A DNA stretch of 38,677 nt. Origin: Candidatus Staskawiczbacteria bacterium RIFCSPLOWO2_01_FULL_33_13. Its GTDB lineage: Bacteria > Patescibacteriota > Minisyncoccia > Minisyncoccales > Staskawiczbacteraceae. Every line of letters starts with the position of its first letter. Position 1 is the stretch's first letter. Below the pieces are notes generated by a model. The model saw only the letters and a program-made list of their open reading frames with translations. It made no database searches and had not been told where the DNA came from. Positions 1-8,201 of the stretch are shown here, piece after piece. Position numbers and translations under genes: made by a program. The stretch covers positions 13,579-52,255 of the forward strand of contig MHOW01000011.1 in assembly GCA_001820215.1 (NCBI GenBank), given 5' to 3'.

Positions 1-391
1 TATATTTTAATAATATCACATCGCGATATTTTTCATCCAATAATTTTACAACACCTATTAATTCTTTACCGGTTAACTGATCTTCAATTTTATTGCGAGG
101 GTCAGTGCTTGGGGTAAATCCTTTTTCCATAATCTGGTTTAAAGAGATGCTTTTTTTCTTGCGAGATTCATCAATAATAATATTAGTTGCGGTGCGGTAA
201 AGAAAGGCCCTGATATTTTCTATTTGGTTTCCGTCAGCAATATATTTCCATGTTCGGCAGTAAGCCTCTTGGACCACATCTTTTGCTTTTTCGCTATCAA
301 ACACACGATAATAACAATAGCGGAAAATAGCATCGGAATACTTATCGTAGGCTTGTAAAAATTGTTGCTCTTTTTGGGCTTTTTCTAACAT
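1..391 (-). CDS. ECF-type sigma-70 family RNA polymerase sigma factor, N-terminal ~130 aa (gene runs off the window start)
   Basis: Own translation of the minus strand from the ATG at 391-389 gives MLEKAQKEQQFLQAYDKYSDAIFRYCYYRVFDSEKAKDVVQEAYCRTWKYIADGNQIENIRAFLYRTATNIIIDESRKKK. This matches the sigma-70 region 2 pattern (RAFLY..A.N...D..R). It is absent from the ORF track because no stop lies in the window. Confidence 0.8.
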   Translation of the reverse strand, partial: MLEKAQKEQQFLQAYDKYSDAIFRYCYYRVFDSEKAKDVVQEAYCRTWKYIADGNQIENIRAFLYRTATNIIIDESRKKKSISLNQIMEKGFTPSTDPRNKIEDQLTGKELIGVVKLLDEKYRDVILLKY

Positions 392-431
392 ATATGACGC
401 AAATGTATTATATTACTTACGGTAATTATCA

Positions 432-607
432 TACCTTAAATTACGAAATGCTTTCAAGGGATTTTTTTCCAAATTTAGAAGCGAAAATTTGATAGAATTG
501 TTTTGAGTAGCTAGTCTACCCAAAACAATTATAGCGAATTTGTAGCCTAAATTTGGAGAAAAGACTTGAAATATGCTTCTAAATAGCGCATTTCGTAATT
601 TAAGGTA
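432..607. repeat. 176-bp imperfect palindrome with perfect 20-bp terminal inverted repeats
   Basis: TACCTTAAATTACGAAATGC (432-451) is the exact reverse complement of 588-607. Interior halves are also inverted copies (CCAAATTTAG/CTAAATTTGG, AATTGTTTTG/CAAAACAATT). It lies between a terminator and the sigma gene start. Confidence 0.6.
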
Positions 608-652
608 CATATAGTGCAACTTATTACAACCCTTTAGGCTTTAAAACCTAAA

Positions 653-679
653 GCAAAACCCCCCGCACGGGGGTTTTGC
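653..679 (-). terminator. Intrinsic terminator hairpin downstream of the 710-1198 gene
   Basis: GCAAAACCCCC (653-663) pairs with GGGGGTTTTGC (669-679) as an 11-bp GC-rich stem with a 5-nt loop. Both sides are A/T-rich. Confidence 0.7.
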
Positions 680-709
680 TTTATAATAGAACTATCAAAG
701 GCTATATTA

Positions 710-1198
710 CTATAAGCCTATGCTTGTAGTAATATCTAGAGCGCTATCAGTATTTACTTGTACTGATGATTCGTTACTATAAAGGCTAGCTTGACCCGAC
801 AAGGATGATCCAGCAGATACATCTGTATTATCTGATTCTACTTCAACTAAACCTGAAACCGAAGTATTAGCTTTTGTATCTACGCTAGTTTCTGATTTTA
901 TTTCAGCTTCCACTCGGCCAGTGGCATCATTTTTAACAGAACCTGCGGCATTATTATTATTGCCTTGGGCTTTAATTCTAAAAAGACTATTAAGATCAAA
1001 TCCCATATTTGCATTTGCATCGCTATCTACTTGATTATCAACACCACCATCTACTTGTGTGTTAACTGTAGCTTCAGTTTGCATTGATGTATCAACGGTA
1101 GCTGAATTTTGGGCAGGAGGGGCCAACACTGCTACTCCTCCCGAACCCGCAATCGCAAACGAAAGAAACAACGAGATCGCTTTATTTATCATTATCAT
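710..1198 (-). CDS. Secreted low-complexity (S/T/N/D/V-rich) hypothetical protein
   Basis: 162-aa ORF with an N-terminal signal-like segment (MIMINKAISLFLSFAIAGSGGVAVLA). The rest is compositionally biased. A terminator follows. Confidence 0.55.
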   Translation of the reverse strand: MIMINKAISLFLSFAIAGSGGVAVLAPPAQNSATVDTSMQTEATVNTQVDGGVDNQVDSDANANMGFDLNSLFRIKAQGNNNNAAGSVKNDATGRVEAEIKSETSVDTKANTSVSGLVEVESDNTDVSAGSSLSGQASLYSNESSVQVNTDSALDITTSIGL

Positions 1199-1543
1199 GT
1201 TTTTAGTTTTTTACCCGGTCAAATAATTATGCTTTTTTAAAAAAGCATAATTAAAATCCTTCGGATTTTATTTGATCGGGTGAATTTTATTTATATACAA
1301 TAAAGAAGAGGGCGACTAACCCCTCTTCACAACTTAAGACGAATCCCATAATAAATCCTTACATTGCATTAATATCTTGATTTAATGCGTGCTTTTAGTT
1401 GTAAGATAAGGCCTTTTGTTCCGTCTTTTTTATTACAAAGGCCGAACCTATATAAAAGAAACAATAAAGCATCGCGGGTTTTTTGCATTTGAATCGTCGC
1501 AAAAATTCCAGGTGATTTTATTCGTTTTGTTCCATAAAATCAT

Positions 1544-1684
1544 ATGAACAAAATACTTTCAATTAAATCAGTGAAAAAAAGCGAGTATTCGTACATTGCA
1601 TTTGTGGGAGCTGCATTGATTTTATTAGGCCTAATGATTGCGCTAGCAAGTCCGGTGAGTGCCGCTTGTTGTGTATCATTTTAA
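1544..1684 (+). CDS. Possible 46-aa membrane peptide ending in a CC motif (below the ORF-track cutoff)
   Basis: Own translation gives MNKILSIKSVKKSEYSYIAFVGAALILLGLMIALASPVSAACCVSF. It has one hydrophobic helix. A hairpin follows at 1693-1714. Confidence 0.3.
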   Translation: MNKILSIKSVKKSEYSYIAFVGAALILLGLMIALASPVSAACCVSF

Positions 1685-1746
1685 AAATATAGAAGGTGGG
1701 GACTAGTCCTCCTTGCCAAATTAAATATTAAAACAAAAAATTATTT

Positions 1747-2439
1747 ATGATAAATACTATAACTATGCAAAAAGTAGCAGCAATTACTATTGCAAGTATA
1801 TTAACGGTTTTTGTGATGGCATTTACAGCTCCTCAAGTATTTGCCCAAAATGGAGCAAATGATGGAATGCATCTTTCTATTAATGCATCGGGAGAAGTAA
1901 ATCTTAAAGGAACCGTATCAGCAGTTTCAAGTTCAACTATCTGGCTTACAACTTGGCTTGGAACATGGACAGTTAATGTTTCGGGGGCAACGGTATTGCC
2001 AAATGGAGCTGTGCTTTCTGATATTAAAGTTGGTGATAAAGTAGCAGTTCATGGAACCATGGGAACAGGAATGACAGTTAATGCAACTAAAATAGCAGAT
2101 CATTCTATCAAGGTAAGGACATTGGCAGGGGTTATTAGCAATTTTAATGCCCCCGCTGGTACACTTACTTTAACTGGTAAAAATAATACGAGTGTTGCCG
2201 TAGAAACTAATAGCGCTACTAAAGTGTTTATTAATGGAGTTGCATCGGTGTTTGGCAATTTAGCCAATGGTATGACTGCAGCAATTTCAGGTTCTTTAAA
2301 CACTAGCACTAATGTGGTAGTAGTCGACACTATTAAAAGCCCTGCTCCGCCTGTAGTAAAAAATGATCACGGAAAATTTAAAAGATTCGTAAATCTTTTT
2401 CCAAATTGGCATAAATGGATAAAAGCAGATAAAGACTAG
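1747..2439 (+). CDS. Secreted beta-rich hypothetical protein (DUF5666-like repeats, from memory)
   Basis: Signal peptide (AAITIASILTVFVMAFTAPQVFA). Two GTV/GVI...V.V......T.V..NG segments typical of small beta-barrel repeats. A terminator follows. Confidence 0.65.
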   Translation: MINTITMQKVAAITIASILTVFVMAFTAPQVFAQNGANDGMHLSINASGEVNLKGTVSAVSSSTIWLTTWLGTWTVNVSGATVLPNGAVLSDIKVGDKVAVHGTMGTGMTVNATKIADHSIKVRTLAGVISNFNAPAGTLTLTGKNNTSVAVETNSATKVFINGVASVFGNLANGMTAAISGSLNTSTNVVVVDTIKSPAPPVVKNDHGKFKRFVNLFPNWHKWIKADKD

Positions 2440-2448
2440 TACCTAAAT

Positions 2449-2486
2449 AAAAATCCCCGGCATACTAAAAAGGTCCGGGGATTTTT
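2449..2486. terminator. Bidirectional terminator between convergent genes
   Basis: AAAAATCCCCGG (2449-2460) pairs with CCGGGGATTTTT (2475-2486), with a 14-nt loop. A/T runs on both sides. Confidence 0.75.
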
Positions 2487-2495
2487 ATTTTAAAA

Positions 2496-3590
2496 TTATC
2501 TGATGATTTCTTGAAGTTTTGGTTGTTCAGTAGCATTTTCAATATTAAATTTTATTCTGCCTAATACTTGTCCTCGTTGATTTTCTACATATATTCGCCA
2601 AGTTCCAGCTGCTAATTTGGAGTTCCAAGAATATCCTTTGTAGCCCTCTTTTCGGCCCCCATTAACGCTGAAAGATAATTTATTTTTACTAATCCAATCC
2701 TTTTTTTCTTCATCATAATACTGCCAATGATGCACAATGGTGGTATTTAATTTTGGCGGTGCAAAAATAGCGGTATAAAAATATACCACGCTACCCGTTT
2801 TTATATGCAGCGTTTTTGTAGGAATTAATCTTTGCCAAAAATTTTCGGATTCGGCTAGCATGGTATAAGATTTTCCAGACACCGTAATATTATGATATAA
2901 TCCTGCCTCGCGCAGTGATAATGGAATTGGGGGAATTATATTAGTAAAGTAAAGCAGATTCATTACGATAAGTATTGCAAAAATTGAAACAAAGAAATAA
3001 TTTTTTTGCTGTTTTATTTTATCGTAAGCAAAAGACAAAAAATTAATATATAAATAAAAAACAATAATACTTAAGGCACCGGCCAGGATAAATAACCAAG
3101 CACTTAATGAGTGAAAAAGAAAGGGCAAAATAATAGAAAAAAGTGATATGGTGATAAAAAAGTATAGGCTAGTTTGTAAAATCGGTTTTAAAAAGTAGTG
3201 GCGCAACACTTCGTTAGAAATCATCAATACAGTAATAATAAAAATGAATGGCCAGCTAATAGAAAAAGCGCCCGAAAACCAGTAAAAAATTAAAGAACCT
3301 CCCAGTAATGCACCAAAAGTAAACTGAATTAGCAGTGGAGCAAAAAGGCGGAGGAATTTTAATTTTGGCGATATTTTTTGGGCATCATAAAAATTAATAA
3401 ACGCAATAGCGCCTCCAGTAATCAACCAATAGATAAAAAGCAATATAAGGGTTATTTCAATTTGGATATTGGTAAAGGTAATATAGTCAACCAAAAAACC
3501 AACAAGCAAAGTTGTTGGCATTAGCCATCTTTCATAGCGCGTGTAAATAGTTTTAATTTGTTGGTATTTTGATGTAAAAAATTTTTGCAT
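2496..3590 (-). CDS. Multi-pass membrane protein with a C-terminal soluble beta-rich domain (DUF2914-like, from memory)
   Basis: About 7 hydrophobic helices over the first ~230 aa. The C-terminal part reads ...HHWQYYDEEKKDWISKNKLSFSVNGGRKEGYKGYSW...WRIYVENQRGQVLGRIKF. Confidence 0.7.
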   Translation of the reverse strand: MQKFFTSKYQQIKTIYTRYERWLMPTTLLVGFLVDYITFTNIQIEITLILLFIYWLITGGAIAFINFYDAQKISPKLKFLRLFAPLLIQFTFGALLGGSLIFYWFSGAFSISWPFIFIITVLMISNEVLRHYFLKPILQTSLYFFITISLFSIILPFLFHSLSAWLFILAGALSIIVFYLYINFLSFAYDKIKQQKNYFFVSIFAILIVMNLLYFTNIIPPIPLSLREAGLYHNITVSGKSYTMLAESENFWQRLIPTKTLHIKTGSVVYFYTAIFAPPKLNTTIVHHWQYYDEEKKDWISKNKLSFSVNGGRKEGYKGYSWNSKLAAGTWRIYVENQRGQVLGRIKFNIENATEQPKLQEIIR

Positions 3591-3634
3591 GTATACCGGT
3601 TTTTTAATAAACTAAAATTTTAGAAATGATAGTC

Positions 3635-4663
3635 TTAGTGTTTTACATGTTCAAAATAGTTGGTGCTATTGTAATACTCATCAACCTTTTTGATAATTTT
3701 TTTCATCATGATCACTGATTCCACAGGATAAATTCCGGAAGCCGTTTCATCTGAAAGCATTGTTGCGTCTGCTCCATCAAAAATAGCATTTGCAACATCG
3801 GCGGCCTCTGCTCTGGTTGGAAAAGGATTTTTTGTCATTGAATCAAGCATTTGCGTAGCAACAATTGCGGGTTTGTTGTATTGATGGGCATGCCGTATTA
3901 AGTTTTTTTGGATAATACACAATTCTTCAATTGGCATTTCAATTCCCAGGTCACCCCTAGCTATCATAATGCCATCTGATATTTTTATTATTCCGTCTAT
4001 ATTATCAATAGCTTTAGCTCTTTCTATTTTAGCAATAATATCAACCTTTTTATTTTTAATTACCGATTTTAGCTCTTCAATATCACTGGCCTCCTGCACA
4101 AAAGAAAGAGATAAATAATCGGCACCATTGTTTGAGGCAAATATTGCATCTTCTTTATCTTTTTTACCTAGTGTGTTTTTAATAGTGGTTTCTGGTATAT
4201 TTATTCCTTTTCGGCTAGACACTATGCCGTTTTGCAAAGCCTTAGCATAAATTTTTTTGCCAGTTACTTTTTCAACTCTCAACTCAATTAATTTATTAGA
4301 TAAAAATAATGGTTCTCCTTTTTTTACAAATTTGTAAAGGGTAGGGTAGTCAATAAGCAATTCGTTATTAGTATAGTCTGGATTTTGCAGAGTCAACGCA
4401 TACACTTGGCCTTTAATAATTTTAATATCTTGTGGTAATTTTCCAAATCTTATTCTTGGACCCTGTAAATCAGCCATTATTTCAACGCTAATTCCTGTTT
4501 CTTTCTTTATTTTTGCTAATGAGTTTTTTATTTTAAACCATTGCTCTTGGGTTGCGTGCGAAAAATTAACCCTTGCAATATTCATGCCTTCAAGAGCCAA
4601 TTTTTTTAGTGTTTCGTAATTTTCCGATACTAAACCTATTGTGGCGATTATTTTTGGATTCAT
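3635..4663 (-). CDS. pyk: Pyruvate kinase, short form lacking the C-terminal regulatory domain
   Basis: PK motifs are present: NIARVNFSHATQEQW, DLQGPRIR, MIARGDLGIEMP, ATQMLDSM, MLSDETASG. Only 342 aa, whereas typical bacterial enzymes are about 470 aa. Confidence 0.9.
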   Translation of the reverse strand: MNPKIIATIGLVSENYETLKKLALEGMNIARVNFSHATQEQWFKIKNSLAKIKKETGISVEIMADLQGPRIRFGKLPQDIKIIKGQVYALTLQNPDYTNNELLIDYPTLYKFVKKGEPLFLSNKLIELRVEKVTGKKIYAKALQNGIVSSRKGINIPETTIKNTLGKKDKEDAIFASNNGADYLSLSFVQEASDIEELKSVIKNKKVDIIAKIERAKAIDNIDGIIKISDGIMIARGDLGIEMPIEELCIIQKNLIRHAHQYNKPAIVATQMLDSMTKNPFPTRAEAADVANAIFDGADATMLSDETASGIYPVESVIMMKKIIKKVDEYYNSTNYFEHVKH

Positions 4664-4760
4664 AATTTTTTATTTCATTTAATGGTAGTGATTATAGCAG
4701 AAAGTTATGATTATGAGAAGAGTTGCTACATTTTGACTATGCAATAAAAATGGTGTTACA

Positions 4761-5393
4761 ATGCGTATACTTTATATTATTATGAAAATTACAACGATAA
4801 TAAAATTATTAATCGCGTTGGTTATTTCTCTTTTGGTTATTTATGGATTAATAGCCTTGATTAAATTATTTTCCCCGCAAGGTGTTTTTATATCCTTAAA
4901 ACAACCCTCTGTAGTAACTCAAATTAAATCTTTAAATCGCCTTGAAACAGCTTCTTTTACTATTGAAAAAGTTATTGAGGCGGGGACTGGAGGCAATGCA
5001 TTTCAAAATATTTTGTTTGGAGATAAAATTTTACTTATAGCCCATGGAAATATTATTGCCGGTTTCGATCTCTCAAAATTACAATCTTCTGCTGTTGTAA
5101 TAAAAGGATCTAGTTTGTATATTGAACTTCCTGCGCCAGAAATTCTTGTGAGTAGCCTTGATGAAAACCAAACAAAAGTATACGACCGCAAGCTTGGACT
5201 TTTTACAAAAGGAGATCCAAGCCTAGAGTCAAAAGTACGATTAGCTGCTGAGAATTCAATGAGGCAGGCGGCATGCGATGGGGGAATTTTATCTATTGCT
5301 TCTGATAATGCCCGGAAACAATTTCAAACCACTTTTATCACAGCTGGTTTTAAAGAAGTAATTATAGATATTCCCGTTGGTAAGTGTAATTAA
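4761..5393 (+). CDS. DUF4230-like membrane-anchored protein
   Basis: N-terminal TM helix, then ...LLIAHGNIIAGFDLSKL...LYIELPAPEILVSSLDENQTKVYD, which matches my recollection of DUF4230. The true start may be the internal MKITT. Confidence 0.6.
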   Translation: MRILYIIMKITTIIKLLIALVISLLVIYGLIALIKLFSPQGVFISLKQPSVVTQIKSLNRLETASFTIEKVIEAGTGGNAFQNILFGDKILLIAHGNIIAGFDLSKLQSSAVVIKGSSLYIELPAPEILVSSLDENQTKVYDRKLGLFTKGDPSLESKVRLAAENSMRQAACDGGILSIASDNARKQFQTTFITAGFKEVIIDIPVGKCN

Positions 5394-5410
5394 TAAAAAG
5401 TATAATTTAT

Positions 5411-5449
5411 AAAAAAATCGTACTCCTTAATAATGGGTACGATTTTTTT
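5411..5449 (+). terminator. Intrinsic terminator after 4761-5393
   Basis: AAAAAAATCGTAC pairs with GTACGATTTTTTT around a 13-nt loop. A T-run follows. Confidence 0.7.
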
Positions 5450-5469
5450 CCTGCTTTTTTCATTAATTT

Positions 5470-5745
5470 TTATCGATGAATGCAACCAGCCCAACAACAA
5501 GGCCTGCGCCTTCCTTCTATAAGTTCTGTGCGTGTTCTCTTAATTCTATGAATTCTCGTTTCCGTTTTCTTAGCGCTTTCAATCCAACAGAGCCACTCAT
5601 TGCGTGCGAGTGGCGTAATGTCCTCCCATGCTATTAGGGTTGATGGAGAAGAGTTAAGGACTTTTTGTAAATCCGCTGGCATTTTATGTACCATACTAGT
5701 GGACATTTTCCCGCCCTGAGCGGAGCCGAAGGGTTTTTTAATCAT
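5470..5745 (-). CDS. YdeI/OmpD-associated (OmdA-type) family protein
   Basis: The segment ...LARNEWLCWIESAKKTETRIHRIKRTRTELIEG matches the conserved ...W I..AKK.ETR..RI core of the family. The likely true start is the internal MSTSMVHK. Confidence 0.65.
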   Translation of the reverse strand: MIKKPFGSAQGGKMSTSMVHKMPADLQKVLNSSPSTLIAWEDITPLARNEWLCWIESAKKTETRIHRIKRTRTELIEGRRRPCCWAGCIHR

Positions 5746-5854
5746 ATTTTATTTATTCTATCCCAAATAATTAATATGTAAACAAAAACCCGAAAATAAA
5801 TTTCAATAGCTTTCTAACTCTAAATTAATTTTTAGATAATTATTATGAAATAAT

Positions 5855-5882
5855 AAAAACAGCCTCGTTTGAGGCTGTTTTT
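5855..5882 (-). terminator. Terminator downstream of 5900-6634
   Basis: AAAAACAGCCTC-GTTT-GAGGCTGTTTTT forms a perfect 12-bp stem with a 4-nt loop. Confidence 0.75.
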
Positions 5883-5899
5883 AGGTTTAGTTTGGATAT

Positions 5900-6634
5900 T
5901 TACTTGCCACTTGCAACAAATGACACGCAATCTCCCTGATTTTTAAATTGCGTTCCGTCTGAATGACCCATTGTCATCCAGCCTTCATTTTTGCATTGGT
6001 CTTTGTTAGTTGGAACCGGAATTTCGTAGGTAAAAAGCGTGGTATTAATCAGCGTATTATCTATGTCTAATGCCTGCTCACCGTCTCCAAATGCCCAACT
6101 TGCATCGGCAACTAAGGTAATGCCGGTAACTGTGTAGCTTCCATATTTTGTTAACGCAGCTGCATATGGATCATAGAAGTTACCTGCATCAAGTTGCGAT
6201 GTATCAACGAGGTTTGCCCCTTCAAGGAGGTCTGTGGTATTTAACCAAACTCCTGAAGGACAATTAGTATAGTTTGGCGGCGGACCCATATAAACGAAGA
6301 TATTACCAACATCGGTATTATCTGGGCTTGCCACTTCTATTTGAAACCGAGGAGAACCACCTCCACAAGAATCATCCGCCTCAAAACGGTAATCCGTACT
6401 TAAAGTGGTAATGTCGGCAAAGGTTGTACCGCTCTCGACTCCATATTCAATACCAGCATAACCTGGAGCCGAATCAGATACTAAGTGCACCGCGCGATTT
6501 GAGGCATTTCCGGGTGCAACATATGATGCTTCACCAAAGAATGAATAATGTTCGGGGGAGTGAAATGCGAAGGCCCCGGATGTAAGAGTTAAAAGGGAAA
6601 TTAAGGGAAGGATAATATATTTTAATTTTTTCAT
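5900..6634 (-). CDS. Secreted hypothetical protein
   Basis: 244-aa ORF with a signal peptide (MKKLKYIILPLISLLTLTSGAFA). No recognisable catalytic motif. Confidence 0.6.
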   Translation of the reverse strand: MKKLKYIILPLISLLTLTSGAFAFHSPEHYSFFGEASYVAPGNASNRAVHLVSDSAPGYAGIEYGVESGTTFADITTLSTDYRFEADDSCGGGSPRFQIEVASPDNTDVGNIFVYMGPPPNYTNCPSGVWLNTTDLLEGANLVDTSQLDAGNFYDPYAAALTKYGSYTVTGITLVADASWAFGDGEQALDIDNTLINTTLFTYEIPVPTNKDQCKNEGWMTMGHSDGTQFKNQGDCVSFVASGK

Positions 6635-6819
6635 AATTGTTATGTAATTATTATTTAAATTAAGATTAATATTATGTTCGACCTTTATTCTCGACCTTTT
6701 AAACCTAAAATAATAACATTTTATTATTTTAGGTTATGCAAACGATGACGATTACCAAGGAAAAATCTTACATTAAATCACAAAAATATACATTTATAGT
6801 TATAGCGTAAAAATCGTAA

Positions 6820-6850
6820 AACGAAAACGCCCGAATAGGGCGTTTTCGTT
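6820..6850. terminator. Orphan 13-bp GC-containing hairpin in a gene-free spacer
   Basis: AACGAAAACGCCC-GAATA-GGGCGTTTTCGTT. It is not adjacent to any annotated ORF end. It marks the left edge of the AT-rich cassette. Confidence 0.45.
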
Positions 6851-6991
6851 GTGTTCAAAGACCTGCTCTGGATGTTGCACGAGCTTAGAACTGCTATAAA
6901 TTCAAGGATAGAAAACCCATAGATAAAAAATGTGGATATTTGGTAGTAGAATTATTATTAGATTAAGTTTATAATAACAAAATATATATAT

Positions 6992-7957
6992 ATGATTTAT
7001 AAAAGAAATCCTTATTTAGACAAGATTTTTAAGCATTTAACTATACTTGCTTCCATTGTAAAGAGTAAAAATCAATTGTCTTTAAATGATGATAGTAAAT
7101 CCAGCGAATCTTTTTTTAAAGATTTACTGAATATAATTTTTGGTTATAATTTTATTAATTTAAATAATAAAGAAAAAAATTATGCTGGCATAGATCTAGG
7201 AGATGCTTCTGAAAGAATATGCGTTCAGATCACATCAAGTAATACTTCAAAAAAAATACAGGAAACACTCGATATATCTGATAAACATAAAAGATATGAG
7301 GAATACGACGAAATTACTATCCTAATTATAGGATATAAACAAAAATACAAGAAAATTTTCACTTCGAAATTTAAAAAATGCAATGTTTGGGATATCAGGG
7401 ATGTGTTTCAAAAAATTGATTCATTACCTACGCCTCATATAGAAAAAATTATAGAATATCTCGATAGAGAACTAGACACTGTTATTAAAATAAATCCGAT
7501 TGATTTATTAGATAAGGACATTTCAATTATTATTGATATATTATTTAATTATCTTTCGGAAAAAGGCTTTAAAGGTAAGGTAGGGTCACAACAACAGTAT
7601 AAATTAGTCAGAAGGCAAGACGGATTTATAGATAAAAAAAATAATTTAAACAATGTTAATGAGCTACTTTTTAATAGTGAGATTCGCCCTAGTTTAAAAT
7701 ACGATAAAAAAATCGAGGATTTTCTCAAAAATCCCATTAATGTTAATTTTAAGAAAAAATATTTTGCTATCACTGAAATATTTCAAAAAATATATTCTAA
7801 TAATACTGATGAATTTAACGGTATGGCATCTTTATTCGGCTTCATTTTCGACGAGGTAATAACCTATGAAAATAGAGAAAATCTTGACGATAGCAAGTTA
7901 TTAATATTATTACATAATATGTATTTTAATTGTGATTTAGGTAATAATCCTAAATAA
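6992..7957 (+). CDS. SMEK-domain-like protein; candidate effector component of an ABC-3C-type system
   Basis: The N-terminal ~165 aa follow the SMEK-domain pattern as I remember it: ...SLNDDSKSSESFFKDLLNIIFGYNFINLNNKEKNYAGIDLGDASERICVQITSSNTSKKIQETL...ITILIIGYKQ. The C-terminal ~155 aa are unassignable. The stop lies 1 nt before the next start. Confidence 0.6.
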   Translation: MIYKRNPYLDKIFKHLTILASIVKSKNQLSLNDDSKSSESFFKDLLNIIFGYNFINLNNKEKNYAGIDLGDASERICVQITSSNTSKKIQETLDISDKHKRYEEYDEITILIIGYKQKYKKIFTSKFKKCNVWDIRDVFQKIDSLPTPHIEKIIEYLDRELDTVIKINPIDLLDKDISIIIDILFNYLSEKGFKGKVGSQQQYKLVRRQDGFIDKKNNLNNVNELLFNSEIRPSLKYDKKIEDFLKNPINVNFKKKYFAITEIFQKIYSNNTDEFNGMASLFGFIFDEVITYENRENLDDSKLLILLHNMYFNCDLGNNPK

Positions 7958-7958
7958 A

Positions 7959-8201
7959 ATGTTAAAACCGACAAAATATACAGATCTAAATATTTCCCTG
8001 ATTGCAGTAGTTTCTGAACTTCTTAAGATTTTTAAAGTAAGCAATAGCATTACTTATTCAGAATTACTAAATAAAGTAATACAGAAAAAAGGAATTATTG
8101 CTAAGAATATTTTTTTGCCAGCACTGAGTTTTTTATTTCTTATGGATAAAATTACATACTACGAAAAAAAGGACATAATTGAATATAAAAATGAGAATTA
8201 G
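7959..8201 (+). CDS. 80-aa middle-component-like protein of an ABC-3C-type system
   Basis: Small helical protein (..ISLIAVVSELLKIFK...ITYSELLNKV.....FLPALSFLFLMDKITY), which fits a winged-helix-like shape. Its stop (8199-8201) overlaps the ATG at 8191 of the ATPase gene. Confidence 0.5.
   Translation: MLKPTKYTDLNISLIAVVSELLKIFKVSNSITYSELLNKVIQKKGIIAKNIFLPALSFLFLMDKITYYEKKDIIEYKNEN

Noticed and set aside
413-619. 68-aa minus-strand ORF
   Set aside because: It coincides almost exactly with the 432-607 palindrome, has no recognisable motif, and its sequence is dictated by the inverted repeat.
2100-2330. 76-aa antisense ORF within 1747-2439; similar antisense ORFs occur in 5003-5191, 7549-7773, 13274-14444, 15205-15876, 16312-16494, 17433-18131, 32884-33132, 34064-34444, 36133-36330, 37039-37341, 37754-37987 and 38384-38590
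   Set aside because: All are embedded antisense in better-supported genes and lack motifs. They are typical low-GC shadow frames.
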